Source: Stegostoma tigrinum (taxonomy: Eukaryota). From it: a stretch of DNA of 64,000 nt. The position numbers were made by a program, and so were the translations under genes. The stretch is taken from NCBI RefSeq assembly GCF_030684315.1, contig NC_081393.1, forward strand, positions 9,621,565-9,685,564, read 5' to 3'. Below, piece by piece: positions 15,305-29,900 of the stretch. Numbering within the stretch: position 1 is the stretch's first letter; every line of letters starts with the position of its first letter. The notes under the pieces were generated by a model. It saw nothing but the letters and a program-made list of their open reading frames with translations. It was not told the origin of the DNA and made no database searches.

Positions 15305-15436
15305 ATCATGAGATCATGGAGGAAATCCACACAGACACGGGGAGAACATGCAAACTCCATACAGCCTTGAGGGTGGAAATGAACCCAGGTCCCTGGCACT
15401 GTGAGACAGCAGTGCTAACCACTGAGCCACCGTGTT
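15305..15436 (-). mobile_element. HE1-like V-SINE, 5' part
   Basis: Reverse complement reads CACGGTGGCTCAGTGGTTAGCACTGCTGTCTCACAGTGCCAGGGACCTGGGTTC... Confidence 0.8.
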
Positions 15437-16887
15437 GTACCTTTGATGCATCCTCTGTTGTAATCCTGCCTTTCAAAGCACAGCTGGCACTTCTTTTTCT
15501 TAAAATACAGTCTAGAGTAAATATTAGACTTAAACCATACTTTCTTTTGCAATACTCTGACCTCATCCCGACAGTACCAGCAACTACCAGAACTTGAGTA
15601 GTTCACTGTATACTTGAGAGAATTATTTACATTCCGTCATTCTACACCTGTGCCAATCAACTTATTCTATCAGTTTGGTCAAGAGTGAAAAATACATGGA
15701 TATTTAAAGCAACGTGAATAATGTCAGGACAATTTCTAATTTAAAGTTTCAGAAAAAAACTGGTTTTCACACATATGCTCTGGACCTCAGTACCCCATGA
15801 AAAAGAAGAATTTTGGTCATCTGACTCAAAATCACCATTTATGGCTCTGGTGTCAAATTCTATTTTTCTCAATACTTCTTTGTTCTGTATTTCATGACGC
15901 TACTTGTGTGACAGAATTATACCTTGCTGGTTCGATTCCTTCACTTAATTTAACCACCTGGACTCAGTCAAAGATGCCGCCTGAAAATATCAACATTTTG
16001 GCTTCAAATAACTCCTCTTTCAATTCCAAATCAATATTGTTGAATGTGATATCCTTGAGGCAGCCAAGATGTTCAGAGTTGGAAAATAAAGAGAACACAC
16101 CTAGTTGATTCATACAATTTTTCATTCAACCAGTCACCCTGGTTGAGCTTTAACAATCCAGTCCATCATACAATTGGCACAAGTCTTTGTGTAGCACAGA
16201 CATCAGTAAGGCCTCACTGAGAAGAGGAAGAAACCTCTTCAGTAAACAATTCCTTGAACAGCCAACGGGACACACAATTAGGAGGAAGCATGGAACACTC
16301 CTTTTGTAAAGTGTTATAATGGCGCGGATAATCTACTAAACAGCACACACAGTCTTTTAACAGCAGTGTTGCAGGCCAAGATATTCCCAGATACAGAATA
16401 AAAGATAACAAGATTGCTATGGATGGTGTGCCCCAGTAAAAACATTGCCATCCCACTTCCGAGTAGTCAGGTAGAAATGAAAGGCAGGTCGAGAACTGAG
16501 TATTTTAAAACGTCCTGAAATGGATCAGATTTGAAAGAAAAAAAGCCATCTTCTTCAAAGTCTCACACATTCAAAACTCTGATGTCTGCTGGGCCACAGC
16601 CATATGTGCTGCTCCTCCACAAAAGGACCACTCCTCTTATTTGAGCCCAGAAACCAATTCTAGGACATGATTCCATTGGAGGCATTCATGCAACTTTCCC
16701 CAAGTTTGTCTTCAGTCAGAATTTAAGCAAACGTGTCCAAAACAAGTCACTCAGTCATGAAGAGGAGCAAGAACCTTGACTGTGTTCAATCTCCCTTCCT
16801 CAACACAGGGTCAGAGATCATTTGCCGTATCTCAGAGTCAGCTAATCCATATATGGGCTTCCAACCAGACATGAAAACTAATTGTGA

Positions 16888-17134
16888 TCAGAGATAATGG
16901 GAACAGCAGATGCTGGAGAATCCAAGATAACAAAAGTGTGGAGCTGGAAGAACACAGCAGGCCAAGCAGCATCTTAGGAGCACTAAAGTTGACATTTCGG
17001 GCCTGGACCTTTCATCAGAAAAGGGGGATGGGGAGAGGATTCTGAAATAAATAGGGAGACAGGGGGAAGGCGGACCGAAGATGGATAGAGGAGAAGATAG
17101 GTGGAGAGGAGAGTATGAGTGGGGAGGTAGGGAG
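16888..17134 (-). mobile_element. Penelope-like element 3' end
   Basis: Collinear with 62097-62345. Minus-strand core CTGATGAAAGGTCCAGGCCCGAAATGTC at 16991-17018. Confidence 0.85.
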
Positions 17135-20133
17135 GTTGCTCCGGATCATGTCTACTGAAGTATTTTCCCAATAAACCATAAGTGACTCTTGGTTATGCAC
17201 TAAAATTTAAAAGTTTAAGCACAAACTGTTGCCATGGTGCAGTTACTCTTTTTAGAGGGTCTTATTTTAAATGCTAACTTCTAATCAAAGGTACAGGTAA
17301 CTGCAGTTTGAGTTTCAGGCAAGTGCTAGCAATGCACAGTCCCTGCCTCCTTAGAAACCATCAGGGCAACCTTACCTGGTGTACAGTGATATACTGGCAA
17401 GGTATAGATGGCTCTCTCCCAATGGTTATGCAGTGGCAAACTTCGGGCTCCATAAAGATTCAAACTGTGTTTAGTTATGCCAATTACATAACCCGAGGCC
17501 CGTGAAAGATCCCTGCATTCTTTGTAAACCAGGTCTGAAAGATTTTATTTTCACATTGTAGCATCAGAGTGAAGTGCTGAGAAGATCACCTCCAATCTAC
17601 TTCTTGTTACTTCAGTCTTGACTCAGGTCTTGTCATTAACTACCTCATCAGTTCAGAGTTGTTGCAAAACCATCATCATTCCAACTTTCAAGCTAACTAT
17701 CAACAGACTGACAATGTTAACTGCGGCCCTCTACATCGTCTGCCATACCAGGTATGTTTCGCCAGCACTGCTTGTATACCAGAATCTAATTTTTCTTTTA
17801 TTATTATGACTCAAACTGGTGGTGCCCCTACTGGTGAGGTAACATCACTACAGAACATTCAGTAATTCCACATTCCAAAAACAATGTTTCAGCACGACCT
17901 TTTCACAAAAATATCAGTCCAACTCTCAAAAGTTGCCAAATCTCAATTTTATTGCTGGATTATTACAAGATCTTGTAGGATATCTCAAACAGTTAAACAA
18001 ATCCAGTAACACATCAATTTCCAAATTCACTTTGGGCAGCAAATTTAATCTTTTCAGTATCATTCAAGTTTACTTGGCCTGTAAGAAATACTTCTTCTAA
18101 TGGCTGGTTTTGGGCACTATAAATTGTCACTAACATTTCATACAGAAACAAGAATTAATGAATTAAACCTTGGTACGTGGATTTATTTCGACTATCCAAC
18201 ATTAGATTCACTTTTCCAAAAAATTGGACGAAGTCCTAACATCATCTTAAACTGCAATCATCACCAAATCACTCATTAATCAGAAAAGCAAATTGAGGAG
18301 TTGCTTCAACTATTACCCAAAATTTGGAGGTACTGGTTTCAAGAAGTTTCTTTTTCCCTATAACACACTCGTGTATAACGCCTATCACTGCGACCCAAAA
18401 GACTGCATCTTCACAGTGGATAATGAAATGATAAATGTTAATAAAATATATGACAGCTAAAGCACACAACCTACTTAAAAAACAATAAGCTGTTGAATTG
18501 TTCTGAGAGGAAAAAATGATCAAGTGGACCACAAGGACCACTTGTATTTGAATGTTAATATGGACAGGCCAGAGATTAAAATATGCCAGTGTCCCATCAC
18601 ATAAACAGGTAGGATAGCAATGCCATGTGCACATCAATACATGTGAACTAAGAGCCATACTTCATTTATTAGAGACTGAATGTACAGGCACTAAAAGCTG
18701 GTGTAAGTACACTTCACCATTAACACTCTCACTTGATTCAGTCAGTCAGTTACACGCTGCCTCTAGGGTGTCCTCCATCCTATCATGTAAGTATGTGTTC
18801 CAGTGAGACGAAGATACTGTTAAAGATGTGACCTCGACTCAACCTGTCCTTTATCCTCACGTCTCACTTTGTCCTGCAAAGGTACCACACGGTCAAGCCA
18901 AGACAATATCTTCACCCAAAACACCAAAGGGCAAAAATCATCGGTATCCTTGCAGACATCATGTCTCAAGCCAGGAGGTCTCCCAATTTTAGAGGCCATC
19001 CAATGTGACATGTTTAAGAGAGCTCAATTCTAAAGGAATTTTTATTTCAAGGAATTTCACACACCCGACCCTATGGGCAGATTGGTTTCAATCTCAGCAC
19101 CAAGCTAATTTCTCAAATTTGTTTGTTTTGTACACACATTTGGTGGAGTTCAAATATTCACTCTTCCGATCATCACCAGGAATTCAGCCTGGCATCACAC
19201 AAAGCACCCTCCAACAAAACCCAACTTTAGCAACAAATATCATCGACAGGTCAAGGAATTATATAGTACAACTACACAAGTCAATGTTTTACAACAAATG
19301 GAATTACAGTACCTGCATACAGAAACACAATGCTCTATGTACTGTCCTGTCATTACGACCAACAGTTAATGCTGAAACACACAAGTTAGTCACCCAATAC
19401 ATCAGCTTGCAAATTCATCTGAAACCCTGTAATCAACCAAGAGAATCAAAAATATATGATCTCTTTGGAAGCCTCTTCTTTTATTTGGCCTAGCATCTGC
19501 AGCAAAAAGCACAAAATCTGCCACTTCTAAATGATCTGAATGCCAATACTTAGGTTCATTCAACGTGTGCAAAAGGCAAACTTGGGGGAGCAGTGACTAT
19601 CTATCAAGCAAGAAGTAATTTGATTAGCACAGTAAACATTTCAGTTAAAACCTGCTTTACTTCAATTCAACTTCAACTGAAGCCAGACTGTGTTGCTGAT
19701 CAGTCAAATATGAAGTGTAAAATCACAAACTATTGGAAAGTGGGTATGTTTTATGCTAGATTAAAATCTAACAACATCGATGATATAAATCTGATTCATG
19801 AACTTCCTCCCACCTTTGATGAACACATCCCACCTTATAAATACATACAAGAACAGACACATTTAAGGGGAACATCCTGCAATCCCATTCATTCCCAAAT
19901 AATTCCTGTCATGCATCAGCTGAACCTTCCAAACCATTTGCTACCATCAGGGAACTGCAGACAGAAAAATCCACCAGCAAAACTGACACTTGGTTGACTG
20001 TTCCAACATAACATCCATACAAAAAGTGCAGACAGCAACAAAAGCCAGGGATTTCCGGGAGGTGGGGGGGGAGGGGGTGCAGCAGCAAAGAGATAATAAC
20101 TTCAGGAAATATAAATATTTTGCTTTGTTTTAC

Positions 20134-20211
20134 CTTCTGCAACATCATCATCTATAGCTCCTTTCACCTGAGAGAAACACCACTGAATGTCATTGCCACC
20201 ACTTCCAACTC
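20134..20211 (-). CDS. PPP2R2A: PP2A regulatory subunit B55-alpha, coding exon 2 (G-VGSGGNDIQWCFSQVKGAIDDDVAE)
   Basis: ttcatttag|GA...GAAG|gtaaaa, 78 nt, phase 1/1. Peptide matches the B55 N-terminus. NDIQW and DDDVAE plus adjacency to EBF2 favour PPP2R2A over PPP2R2D. Exon 3 (ADIISTVEF...) was not found in 1-20133. Confidence 0.93.
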
Positions 20212-20569
20212 CTAAATGAATGGAGAGGGGGGAAAAAATTAATAAGATATGCATTGATTTTATTGAAATTAAATTTGCACAGAGGGTGTAGCGGGGGGGT
20301 GTGGGGGGGGAAGAAGAATTGGAAGAAACTAAAAAATCCTTTCCAGTCTCATATTGGAGCTGGCTCTTATGATCGTTTTTTAAAAAGGAAATCAACAAAC
20401 TCCAGGAATTATAAATCATTATCTGAACTATTTAAAGCTTTGAACCCTCTCAGGTGCAACCCTGCCCTTTTCCTTCACTCTGTGGAGCAATAAGTTCAAC
20501 ACTCAAAACCCCAGGCCTTGAAGGGGGGAGGGAGAAAAAAAAGGCTTCAAATTTAAAAACAAATCCAGA

Positions 20570-20920
20570 ACCGAGGGACTGGCGGGGACACAGAGAACGT
20601 TCAGTCCAGCTTCCGTCCCTTTTTTTTCCCCGGTTCCATCCTCACCTGCCATGGCGGACCGGCTGGAAATGGAAGTAGCCGGCTTTAGCGCGGTGCCCAA
20701 GGATGCGGCCGAAGCTGCAAGCAAACAGGACGGGCTGCACTAGGCTGAGGATGGCGGCGGATTGGCTTCGAATTGCGCTGCTGCGCCCTCCCCCGCTCTC
20801 TGAGCCCTTCAAAATGGCGACGCGCCCGCCCCGGCCATCTTCCGATGACGTCACCGCATCGAGGCGGTGGGGAGCAGTGCAGGAGCAAAGGGGCGGGGCC
20901 AGAGCCAGTGGTCTGCAAAC
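20570..20920 (-). promoter_or_regulatory. PPP2R2A: CpG-island promoter / 5' UTR of PPP2R2A
   Basis: Sharp GC/CpG-rich patch. Contains a palindromic CRE TGACGTCA (20846-20853), a GC box GGGGCGGGGC (20890-20899), and YY1-like AAAATGGCG (20811-20819) and GGCCATCTT (20833-20841). Confidence 0.85.
20646..20652 (-). CDS. PPP2R2A: PP2A regulatory subunit B55-alpha, first coding exon (ATG GCA G)
   Basis: Minus strand reads gtccgccATGGCAG|gtgagg: strong Kozak context and canonical donor. A 7-nt first coding exon is the known PPP2R2A architecture. Lies in a CpG island and is in phase with exon 2. Confidence 0.9.
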
Positions 20921-21399
20921 ACTCCCACTGCCTACACCAAATCAAGCATTTCAACATGGGCAGCAATCCATTTACACACAATTCATACTTCTGAAAACGT
21001 TGTGAAAAGTGGCATGATTTTGTTCGTCGGCCTCCATCCGGTAAGACTTCATGTTAAAACTTTTCGCTTTTCCTGATCTATAATTCCATGTCTGTGACCT
21101 CCTCCAAACTTACAGCTTTCTACAATATTTGCACACTCATTTTGAACTCTTGCACATCTCGAATTTTAATCATTCTCGCACGAGCTGCAGTGTTTTCAGA
21201 TGACTGAGCCAAAACTCTGTCGTCTTCCCTAAATCCCGTTTCCTGCAGTAAGATACTCCTTCAAACCGACCTCTTCAAACGACCGTATGTTGTTTGTTCA
21301 AATGATTTCCTCCAGAGCTTACGCAAAATTTTGGTTTACAAGGCAGGACCTTACACTGCTCAATAAGTGTATTATAAATGCAGATCATCTTCCGTATTC

Positions 21400-21785
21400 A
21401 ATGAGCTTTGGGTGTTTGACAACAACTTAACATTTCAAGAGACGCTACACAAATGTATGAAGAACTGCAATGTAAATGTCAGCCAAATTGCGTGCAGCAA
21501 CCTCTCACAAACAGCATTACCAGATAATCTGTTTTTGTGATGTTAGTTCAGTGATATATGTTATCCAAGATACTTGGAAGATTATCCTAATTTTTCCTCA
21601 AGCTATGGTCCGGAGATATTTTATGTCACGCTAATTGAGCACACAGGATGTCAGTATCCAAAGGGCAGTACTTCACTGTACTGCATGAGAGTCTGCACCT
21701 ACGTTTTTGTACTAAATTCTTCAATAGGACTTGAACGAACAACTACACTGAGAAAGGAGTGCGCAATCCAGTGAACCACAGTCAA
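21400..21785 (-). mobile_element. Old DeuSINE-like (SacSINE1-type) element
   Basis: Degenerate CAGCCAAATTGCGTGCAGCAA..CTCACAAACAGCA block and tRNA-like head. Related pieces at ~23670-24060 (+) and ~26190-26560 (-). Confidence 0.5.
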
Positions 21786-21989
21786 CACCACATTATGATG
21801 GATGGCTTTTGGATAATTTTTGTGCTATACTAGATCTGGCTCTCTCCTCAACTGTTTTGCACTGATAAAAATTCAGACGGGCAAATGTGATGCAAATTTG
21901 ACACACACATTTGACCATTCTTTGAGAATTAAGCCAAGACATCATATAGTCAGAGGCTTTATAACTTATGAACTTTACAGCTGATGAGG

Positions 21990-23560
21990 GCACAGTGACA
22001 GGATCAGACCAAGTCAGCATGGATTTGTGAAGGAGAAATCATGCTTGACAAATATATGTTGAAATTCTATGAAGATGTAACCAGTACAGTTGACAAGGGG
22101 GAGCCAATCGATGTAGTATATTTGGACTTTCAGAAAGCGTTTGACAAAGTCCCACATAAGAGAACAATGTGCAAGATTAAAGTGCATGGGATTAGGGAAA
22201 GTGTATTGAGACGGACAGGAAATTGGGTGGGAGACAAGAAACAATTAGATGGAATTAATGATGAGATAACAAGGCGCGGAGCTGGATGAACACAACAGAC
22301 GAAGCAGCATCCGGAGAGCAGTAAGGCTGACGTATTGGGCCTAGACCCTTCTTCCTGTCTAGGGTCTCCGCCCAAAACGTCAGCCTTCCTGCTCCTCTGA
22401 TGCTGCTTGGCCTGCTGTGTTCATTCAACTCCGCACCTTGTTAACTCAGACTCTACAGCAACTGCAATTCCTACGATCTCTGAAACAGGAGGAACGAACT
22501 GGTCCTTTTCAAATTAGCAGGCAGTAACAAGTGGGGTACTGCAGGGATCAGTGCAGCAACCCCAGCTATTCACAATATATACTAATTATTTGGATGAGGA
22601 AACAAAATACATCTCTAAGTTTGCAGATGATACCAAGTCAGGTGGCAGGATGAACTGTGACAAGGATGCAGAGATCCCTCAGCATGATCTCGACAGGTTG
22701 GATGAGTGGGCAAATCAATGGCAAATGCAGTATAATTCGGATAAAGTCAGGTTATTCACTTTGGAAGCAAAAACAAGAAGGCAGATTACTACCTGAATGG
22801 CTGTAAGTTAGGAGAGAGGGGAGTGTGCAACCAGACCTGGGCATCCTTGTGCACCAGTTGCTGAAGGTCAGCATGCAGGTACAGCAGGCTGTAAAGAAGG
22901 CAAATGGTATGTTGGCCTTCATTATGAGGGGTTTCGAGTACAGGAGCAGGGATGTGCTGTAGCAGTTATACAGGGCTTTGGTGAGACCACACCTGGAATA
23001 TTGTACACAGTTTTGGTCTCCTTTTCTGAGGAAGGATCCTCTTGCTTTTGAGAGAGTGCAGCGAAGGTTTACTGGGCTGATTCTGGGGATGGTGGGTCTG
23101 GTCTATGGGCAGAGATTGACCTGGTTAGGATTGTTTTCGCCGGAGTTCAGACAACTGAGAGTCGGGTTGGGGGTGAGATCTCATTGAGACTTAGAAAATT
23201 CTAACAGGACTGAACAGGGTAGACGCAGGGAGGATTTTCCCCATGCTGGGCGTGTCGGGAACTGAGGTCACTGTATGAGGATTTGGGGTAGACCATTTAG
23301 GATGGAGCTGAGGAGATATTTCTTCACCCAAACAGTGGTCAGCCTATGAAATTCATTACAACAGGAAGTAGTTAATGCTAAAACATTGAATATATTCAAC
23401 AGGCTATGAGACACAGCACTTCGAGCGAATGGGATTAAAGGGTAAGGGGAGAAAGTGGGATTAGGCTTTGAGGTGGACGATCAATCGTGATCACGAACAG
23501 CAGAGCAGGCTCAAAAGAACCAAATGGCCTCCTCCTGCTCCTATCTTCCATGTTTCTATT
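21990..23560 (+). mobile_element. CR1/HER1-type LINE, RT region to 3' end
   Basis: VDKGEPIDVVYLDFQKAFDKVPH, ISKFADDTK and VRPHLEYCTQFWSP motifs, followed by a 3' tail. Confidence 0.92.
22263..22482. mobile_element. Fold-back PLE-derived short element inserted in a CR1 LINE
   Basis: GAGATAACAAGG...CCTTGTTAACTC inverted arms with the tail on the right. It interrupts the CR1 RT frame. Confidence 0.82.
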
Positions 23561-26500
23561 CCTGCAGCAAAACATATATTGTGATGGACAGCAGCTGCCA
23601 TTTTGCCCAGGTTTTATTATTAATATTCTCACTCTTCAAAATTCTTGGTTCACGTCCAATTATTCAGGTTGTCACATCAGTGCAGTACTAAGACACTGCT
23701 GAGGGTATAACATTTTGGGTGACATCTTTAGCTGAACTCCTGTCTACCTCTCAGATAATGTAAATTATGCAATGGCATTTGTGAAGATGACCAGGATTTT
23801 TCTCCAGTTTTTTTTCCATCAAACAGTATTGTTTACATTATGACACAGCTTGGAATAGGGTGGGATCTGAATCAGGGCCATCTGGACCAGAGGCAGCAAC
23901 TCTTTCTCTCCAGTAATGCAGCCAATAAACAAGTACTAAGATAGGTCTTCTGATCATCTATTTCATTGCTGTTTGTGAAAGCTTGGCATGCACAAATTGA
24001 CTAGTTCAGAACTATTTTACTGGCTTGGAAGCACTGTGGAATATCCTAAAGTCAAGCAAGTCAATCAATGGAATCTGCCAATCCAACATCAATGGCATGA
24101 ATAACAACATGGTCCATAAAACAAGCTTTCACTATTTTTCCTGTAGTCAAATAACTTTAGTGAGTCCCAAAGATAATGGGCACATTCTTATCATTGATAG
24201 CAAGTCAAATGTTGGAAATCTACTCAAGGTCCATCGTCTGAAACAGATAAAGCAGAACTGAAATCAGGCAAATCTTTTGCTAAAACTTTTCTATTTGCTG
24301 CCTTTTTTTTATTTAGGGTTTTCAGGATTGACACTTTTCCTCCTTCTACCTTATCACAAAATTTAGCAAGTCCATTATTTCTTCTGGTGTATTTGCTAGA
24401 AATTTTGACTTCATGACACTACGCAGGATAACAGTGGTATATTTTTCTGTCCCTTTGCTTCTAAAGCCAAAATTCATGTTTTCATAAAAAGAGAAAGCAA
24501 AATTCTCAGAGAAAACATTTCAGTCACAATAATTTGCAAAGTTAATAAAATAATTTCTAATCTGAACCCAGACTGCATTTTACTGAGCACTCCAAAATGT
24601 GTTACATTTTAAAATTTGAATGTTGTCTTCAGGCTTGGGATGTCAAAGCAATGGTTTCTCTCAGTTTCAAGATACAGGTACACAGAGGACAGATTTCTCC
24701 ATTCTGCTACCAAGGTCGCTGCTCAATCCCAAGTTTCCAAGAGTGCTCCCTCACTTAACATCTTTCAGATTAATGATGAAACCAAGGATTTGTTAAACCA
24801 AGTTTGTCTTCTAAGGGGATTATTTTTAATATTAGTAGATCAGCAATCCTGTGTATCCTGGCCAACTTTTATTCTTCAAATAGCAAATAAGACAGACTGG
24901 TTATTCAAGAATTGGCCGTGCAAGTTAGGCTTCCACATTTTCCAAAAACATAACTCACAAACTGGCTTTAAAGCACTTTGAAACATCGGTGGTTGCGAAA
25001 GATGCTAGTCAATGCAGGTTTTTCTTTAAATTTTACAATTTCCCATAGTCATGACTGTATCGTTTACGAAGATAGGTCATGCATAGACCAATCTAATTGA
25101 ATAGCTGAACAGGTTCAACAGGCAAAATTGTCAGTTCCCAGTCATGATGTGCTTTAAAAAATTGGGAAGACAGAAGTTGGAAGATCAGCCGATTGGATGG
25201 CAGCTGCAACTTATTCCTCTGCAATAGTTATTTTGCAGGACAGGATTTTGTGTCGAAAACAGGTGATAACAGGATGTATTCAATGAAACTGTGGTGTGGG
25301 ACATAAAGGAACAAAGAGACCAAAAATTCCAATGCAACCACAGATAGGTAATGTAACCAACTGAGCGATAAGAGCGACATACATACCTTGGGACATCACA
25401 TACAAAAGCAGAGAAAAAGTGATAAATCGGTGATGGGATGGTTTTAGTCCCCATTAAAGTGACTGAGTAATTTTCAGGAAAATTGTCAACAGAACTCCAA
25501 AGCCACAGAAATTACAAAGCCTAAGTTCACAAGGATACAAGAGTTTAAAAAAAACTAGCATGATGAAACTTATTTCAATTGGTGCAGAGAAAACCATGAG
25601 GAAATTTATGCCTCCTTCAAAGTTAGTGCAAGTATTTGCTGTAGTTAGGAAAGTTATTCACTTCAGCTGGAGTCAAGTACAACTATGGCCATCCATTTAA
25701 TTCTCATTTGGAGACAGAGGCAAGATCAGGAGAATCAAAGAGAATTGTGATGTCATGAAACAATCTGTTGCAGGAGTAAGACACACAGGCCATTGTAATG
25801 TCTGAAAGACAAAGTAGATTAAAAACTGTATTTAACTTAGAAAAATGTACATGGCTTTGGAGGCAAGACAGGTTAGGTTTCCCGTCACTGCTGTGGACAT
25901 GATCACCCGGTGGACCAAATGGCCCCTTGCCACGATGAATACATCTCTGATTGTGAGTCAAGGCAAGAATGGCAAAAAGGCTTTCTCCACGAAGATCAAT
26001 CAGTGCCTCCAGTGAGCAATCTAACAGATTTACTTGTTCAGTTGAAATGTTTAAACAAAAACTCGATTTGATTTGCACTTTAAAGCAAGCCAAAAAAAAT
26101 CCTGTCACGTTATTCATTTCATCTTTGCGAAATAACAAGAAGAAACTCTTAATACTGTGGTCAAATCACATTTTCCTTCCAATCCATCAAGTAATTTATG
26201 ACTACAATAGCTTCTAATGCAGATGAGGTACTGTGTGAGAAGATCCATTTTCTTCAGGGATCTTGTTGAGGGATAATTGTCATTATGTGATCACTCACCA
26301 CAGAAATGCTGCACTGTCACTTACTGTATATTTGAAATGAGCCAAGCCCATCTTCATCTTATGCAAATGACATAGTATACATTGCATCTGAAGTTGAGAG
26401 GTTGTGAGTGAACATTGCCTCCAACTGATATCCAGAAAGTCTTCCTGATCAGTGTAATTGTAAGAATAAGTCATGACAGGATGAAGTTCAGCTAATATGC

Positions 26501-26705
26501 CAACACCAACTTTCCAACTACTGAGGTCCTGGAGATCCTGAGAATAGCATTCCACAAAGCATCACATTCAAATTGGAATAAAGAACAAACATCAGGGCGA
26601 GAAACAAAAATCTCAAAGATAGCACAGCATACAAAGAGACAATGCCCTCAAGACAATTATATGACACGAAACATTCTAATAATTCAAGGTCTGCTACAAT
26701 TATTT

Positions 26706-26991
26706 GGGTCGGCACGGTGGCTCAGTCGTGAGTACCACTGCCTAAGTGGGCCAGGGATGTGGGTTTGATGCCAGTCTCAGACAACAGTCCATGTGGAGTC
26801 TGCACTTTCTCCCTATGTCTGCTTCTGTTTCCTCCCACAATCTGATCATGTGCAGTTTAGGGGGACTAGCCATGTTAAATTGCAGGCTAGGTGGACTAGC
26901 TATGGGAAATGCAGGGATGGGGTGGGATGCTCTTTAGAGGGTCAATGTGGATTCCAGTGGCCTGCTTCCACAATAGGGATTCTGTGATTCT
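26706..26991 (+). mobile_element. HE1-like V-SINE
   Basis: Same head, V-domain and tail as 6098-6445. Confidence 0.8.
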
Positions 26992-29900
26992 CATTTTCTT
27001 GACATCAATGAAAGCCCTCAAGTGAGACTATTTCCATCTGCTATGTCAATCAGATTACTTTGCTTCATATCTGTAAAGTGTTCCATGCATGCTCATTTAA
27101 TTCATGAATGCATTCCTAAATTAGAAAGTAGTAGCGTCAGATATGTCAAGACTGAAAAATATCCTCCTTCACCACCATAGGTTGTAATAAAACAAGACAC
27201 TCTAAAATACAATATGAAATAATAGTCTGATCTGTCAGTTGCATGGGTCGTTCGAATTACTGAGGTGGGGTCTGACCTTGTACTTGGGGTTGTCCTGAAC
27301 CCCATCAATCTATGATTCATTCCTTCGGCTCTCATCCTTCTTCACTGTGCATCGTAATGCTTTGCAATTTAATGACAGCCAAGATTGGATGAAGAGCAAC
27401 TTGATAATTTAGGAACATTCTCAATGGAATCAGGAAATTGAGATGGGGTGATCGATCTTTGTAAAACTTTGAAGGAATCAGGTAATATTGACTACAGTAG
27501 GCAGGTCCTTGTGGCGCAGTGGGAGTATCTCCGCCACGAAGGGTTCAGGTCTCACCTACAGGCGTGCAATAACATCCCTGAAGAGAGTGATTAGAAAATA
27601 TCTAAACCATGGTCAACTCATTCACCTTATTCAAAAGAGCAGAAACAAAGGACCCGGCTTGCACTTGAACAGGGATAATTCAACAATACTCTTAACAAGC
27701 ATCCACTCAGTGAGCAAAAGGTATCTCTATAGAACAGAATCCTTTCTAAGTTTAATAGATTTCCTTTCCAAAAAATATTTTAGGACACACTGTATATGCA
27801 GTTTGATACGTGACTGGTGTATACAGAAAAAATTGCTTTGTCCTATGTTTCCCAAAAATTCTCCACCTGGGTTTTCCTTGCCTTACAGCTGGTTTTATTA
27901 TTGACTAATTGATAGAGACTGATTAGTCCATTGAGCCTCAACTCCATTGGCCTTATATCCAATCCAACAGTGAATGGCCTTAGTATTTTTGCACCACGCA
28001 GTTCCTGTAATTTTTTTTACCCATGTTGAAGGACTTGTGTGGTGTTTTATTTTGGGTCCTGCATCAACTTTACACGTGTTATGCAAATAATCCCAAAATA
28101 ATTCAAGAACTGATCGAAAAAAAAACTTAATACAGAGTACAATTAGAATGTAAAACAAACTCAATGGAGGAAGATTACAAGAAGTTTTGCTTTAAAAAAA
28201 GGACATCAAAAGTAATGGGGAGCAAGTTGGAGGACACTATCACACAAAGTGGCTGGTAAAAGAAAAGATTAAACTGAGGATCAAATGGCCCATTTCTGTG
28301 CTGCATTACGGTACCCAAAATACCCAGAATAGCCATTAAAAAGTGGATGGCGAGTGACAAGACACTTGTATCACTTAAGCAGACTAAAATAATGGTCACA
28401 ATTTATTTACAAGTGAATGAAAACGTAGAAACAAAAGGAATATGAAAGAGCATAACATGAGTGTGCACTGGATTTGGCAAATTCAGTGAATCATTTCATA
28501 AAACTGTAGTCCGCTGTCTTGTACAGAAAAAAGCTACTCTGGATAATTAGGTGAACTTTCTCTTAAGTACACATGTAGCAGTGTTACAAATTAACATATT
28601 ACACACAAGACATTAACAAGAGCTAATCGCTAAACGTGGGTGCCTTTGCCAGGACGAAAGCCCTCCTTTCTTATAATGCCTTTTCTTCTGAAACAAAGAA
28701 ACATGTCACGAGTTTTGACAGACTAACATATGGAGATACAGGTTTCTGACTTCCCTTTCACCTTTCCATCAAGCTGGCTTTCAAGCAAAAAACATATCTT
28801 TATCCTTGCTGAACATTTCAGACCTGTTATTCCATGTATCAAAGGTACAGAGCGAAATTATTTCCGAACAAACATCCTTCATTCCTCTCTGTCACTCTAT
28901 TTTAAACTTCCTCTTATTTTAAACTGAAGTATTCTCCAGTTTAGGTAGTTTTATCTCAGGCCTATTTAAATTTGGCTATGAATTTCACCTACTGAGATGA
29001 TTATATTCACTTTCAGTAATACTTTTCTGATCAAACTTTTCCAAATCAGCATCAGATTTCATAGGAATGAGCCAAAGTGGAATTACTGCAGAAACTGTCA
29101 TCAGCAAATAGATGTAAGATTCCAAGTAAAAATTACAAATTTTGTTGGGTCCATTTTGACTGAGATCTCCTTGCTGGCTCCTGTTTGTTTGCTACTAAGT
29201 TCTATTCTATCACATCTGAGACCCAAGTGGGCCAATCCAAAATGTCTTCCAATCTGTGCTGCAGTGAAATTTTGTCTTCCGCTCTTGCCTGGGTGATACC
29301 ACACACCTTACACATGCAGACTGTGTCACGTTCAAACCCTGCCTCACTTTAAGCAAACGTGGAACACTGCAAGGCAGACAATTTACATCACAATGCTATC
29401 TTGACATTTTCAGTTGGACAAGGTGAAATCTCAATCGGCAATGAGAGAACTGGTTAATAAAGATTGCTATTTCTCCTCTACATCTTTTAATGATGAATGA
29501 AGGCCCTTGTCTTCATCTATCAAGGAAGCCGCTCATGAATTTTTCACAGGAAATCTTGGTTAGCAAGGAAGCTGTTTGCTTAAAACATTGTGTGTTGAAA
29601 AAGCATATTTAGACAAGAAAAATGGGGTTGAAATGGGAGAGATTCAAGATACTGATGACACCTTAGACGAGATAAGGTGTATCAAGTGGCTAAAGGAGCT
29701 GGCTGAAACAAATGGGACATGTACACTCAGAACATCATGAAATTAAACAGCTTAATGATTCTTGTCTGATTTGAACTCAGCCCATCTTCACACAGATTAA
29801 AGAAATAGACAAGCAAAAAACATAAGGAATTGGTCTCAAGAACAAGCTGCAGTCATTTTTAAACCCATTGATTGATGCTATCTGACAAATATACTAAGGT

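Noticed and set aside
19005-19997. 162-aa and 134-aa plus-strand ORFs
   Set aside because: Intronic, antisense to PPP2R2A, non-ATG starts and no motif or splice support.
1-20133. PPP2R2A exon 3 (ADIISTVEF...GDKGGRVVIFQ)
   Set aside because: Searched by eye on the minus strand and not found. The intron is probably longer than the window remainder, though a missed short exon cannot be excluded without tBLASTn.
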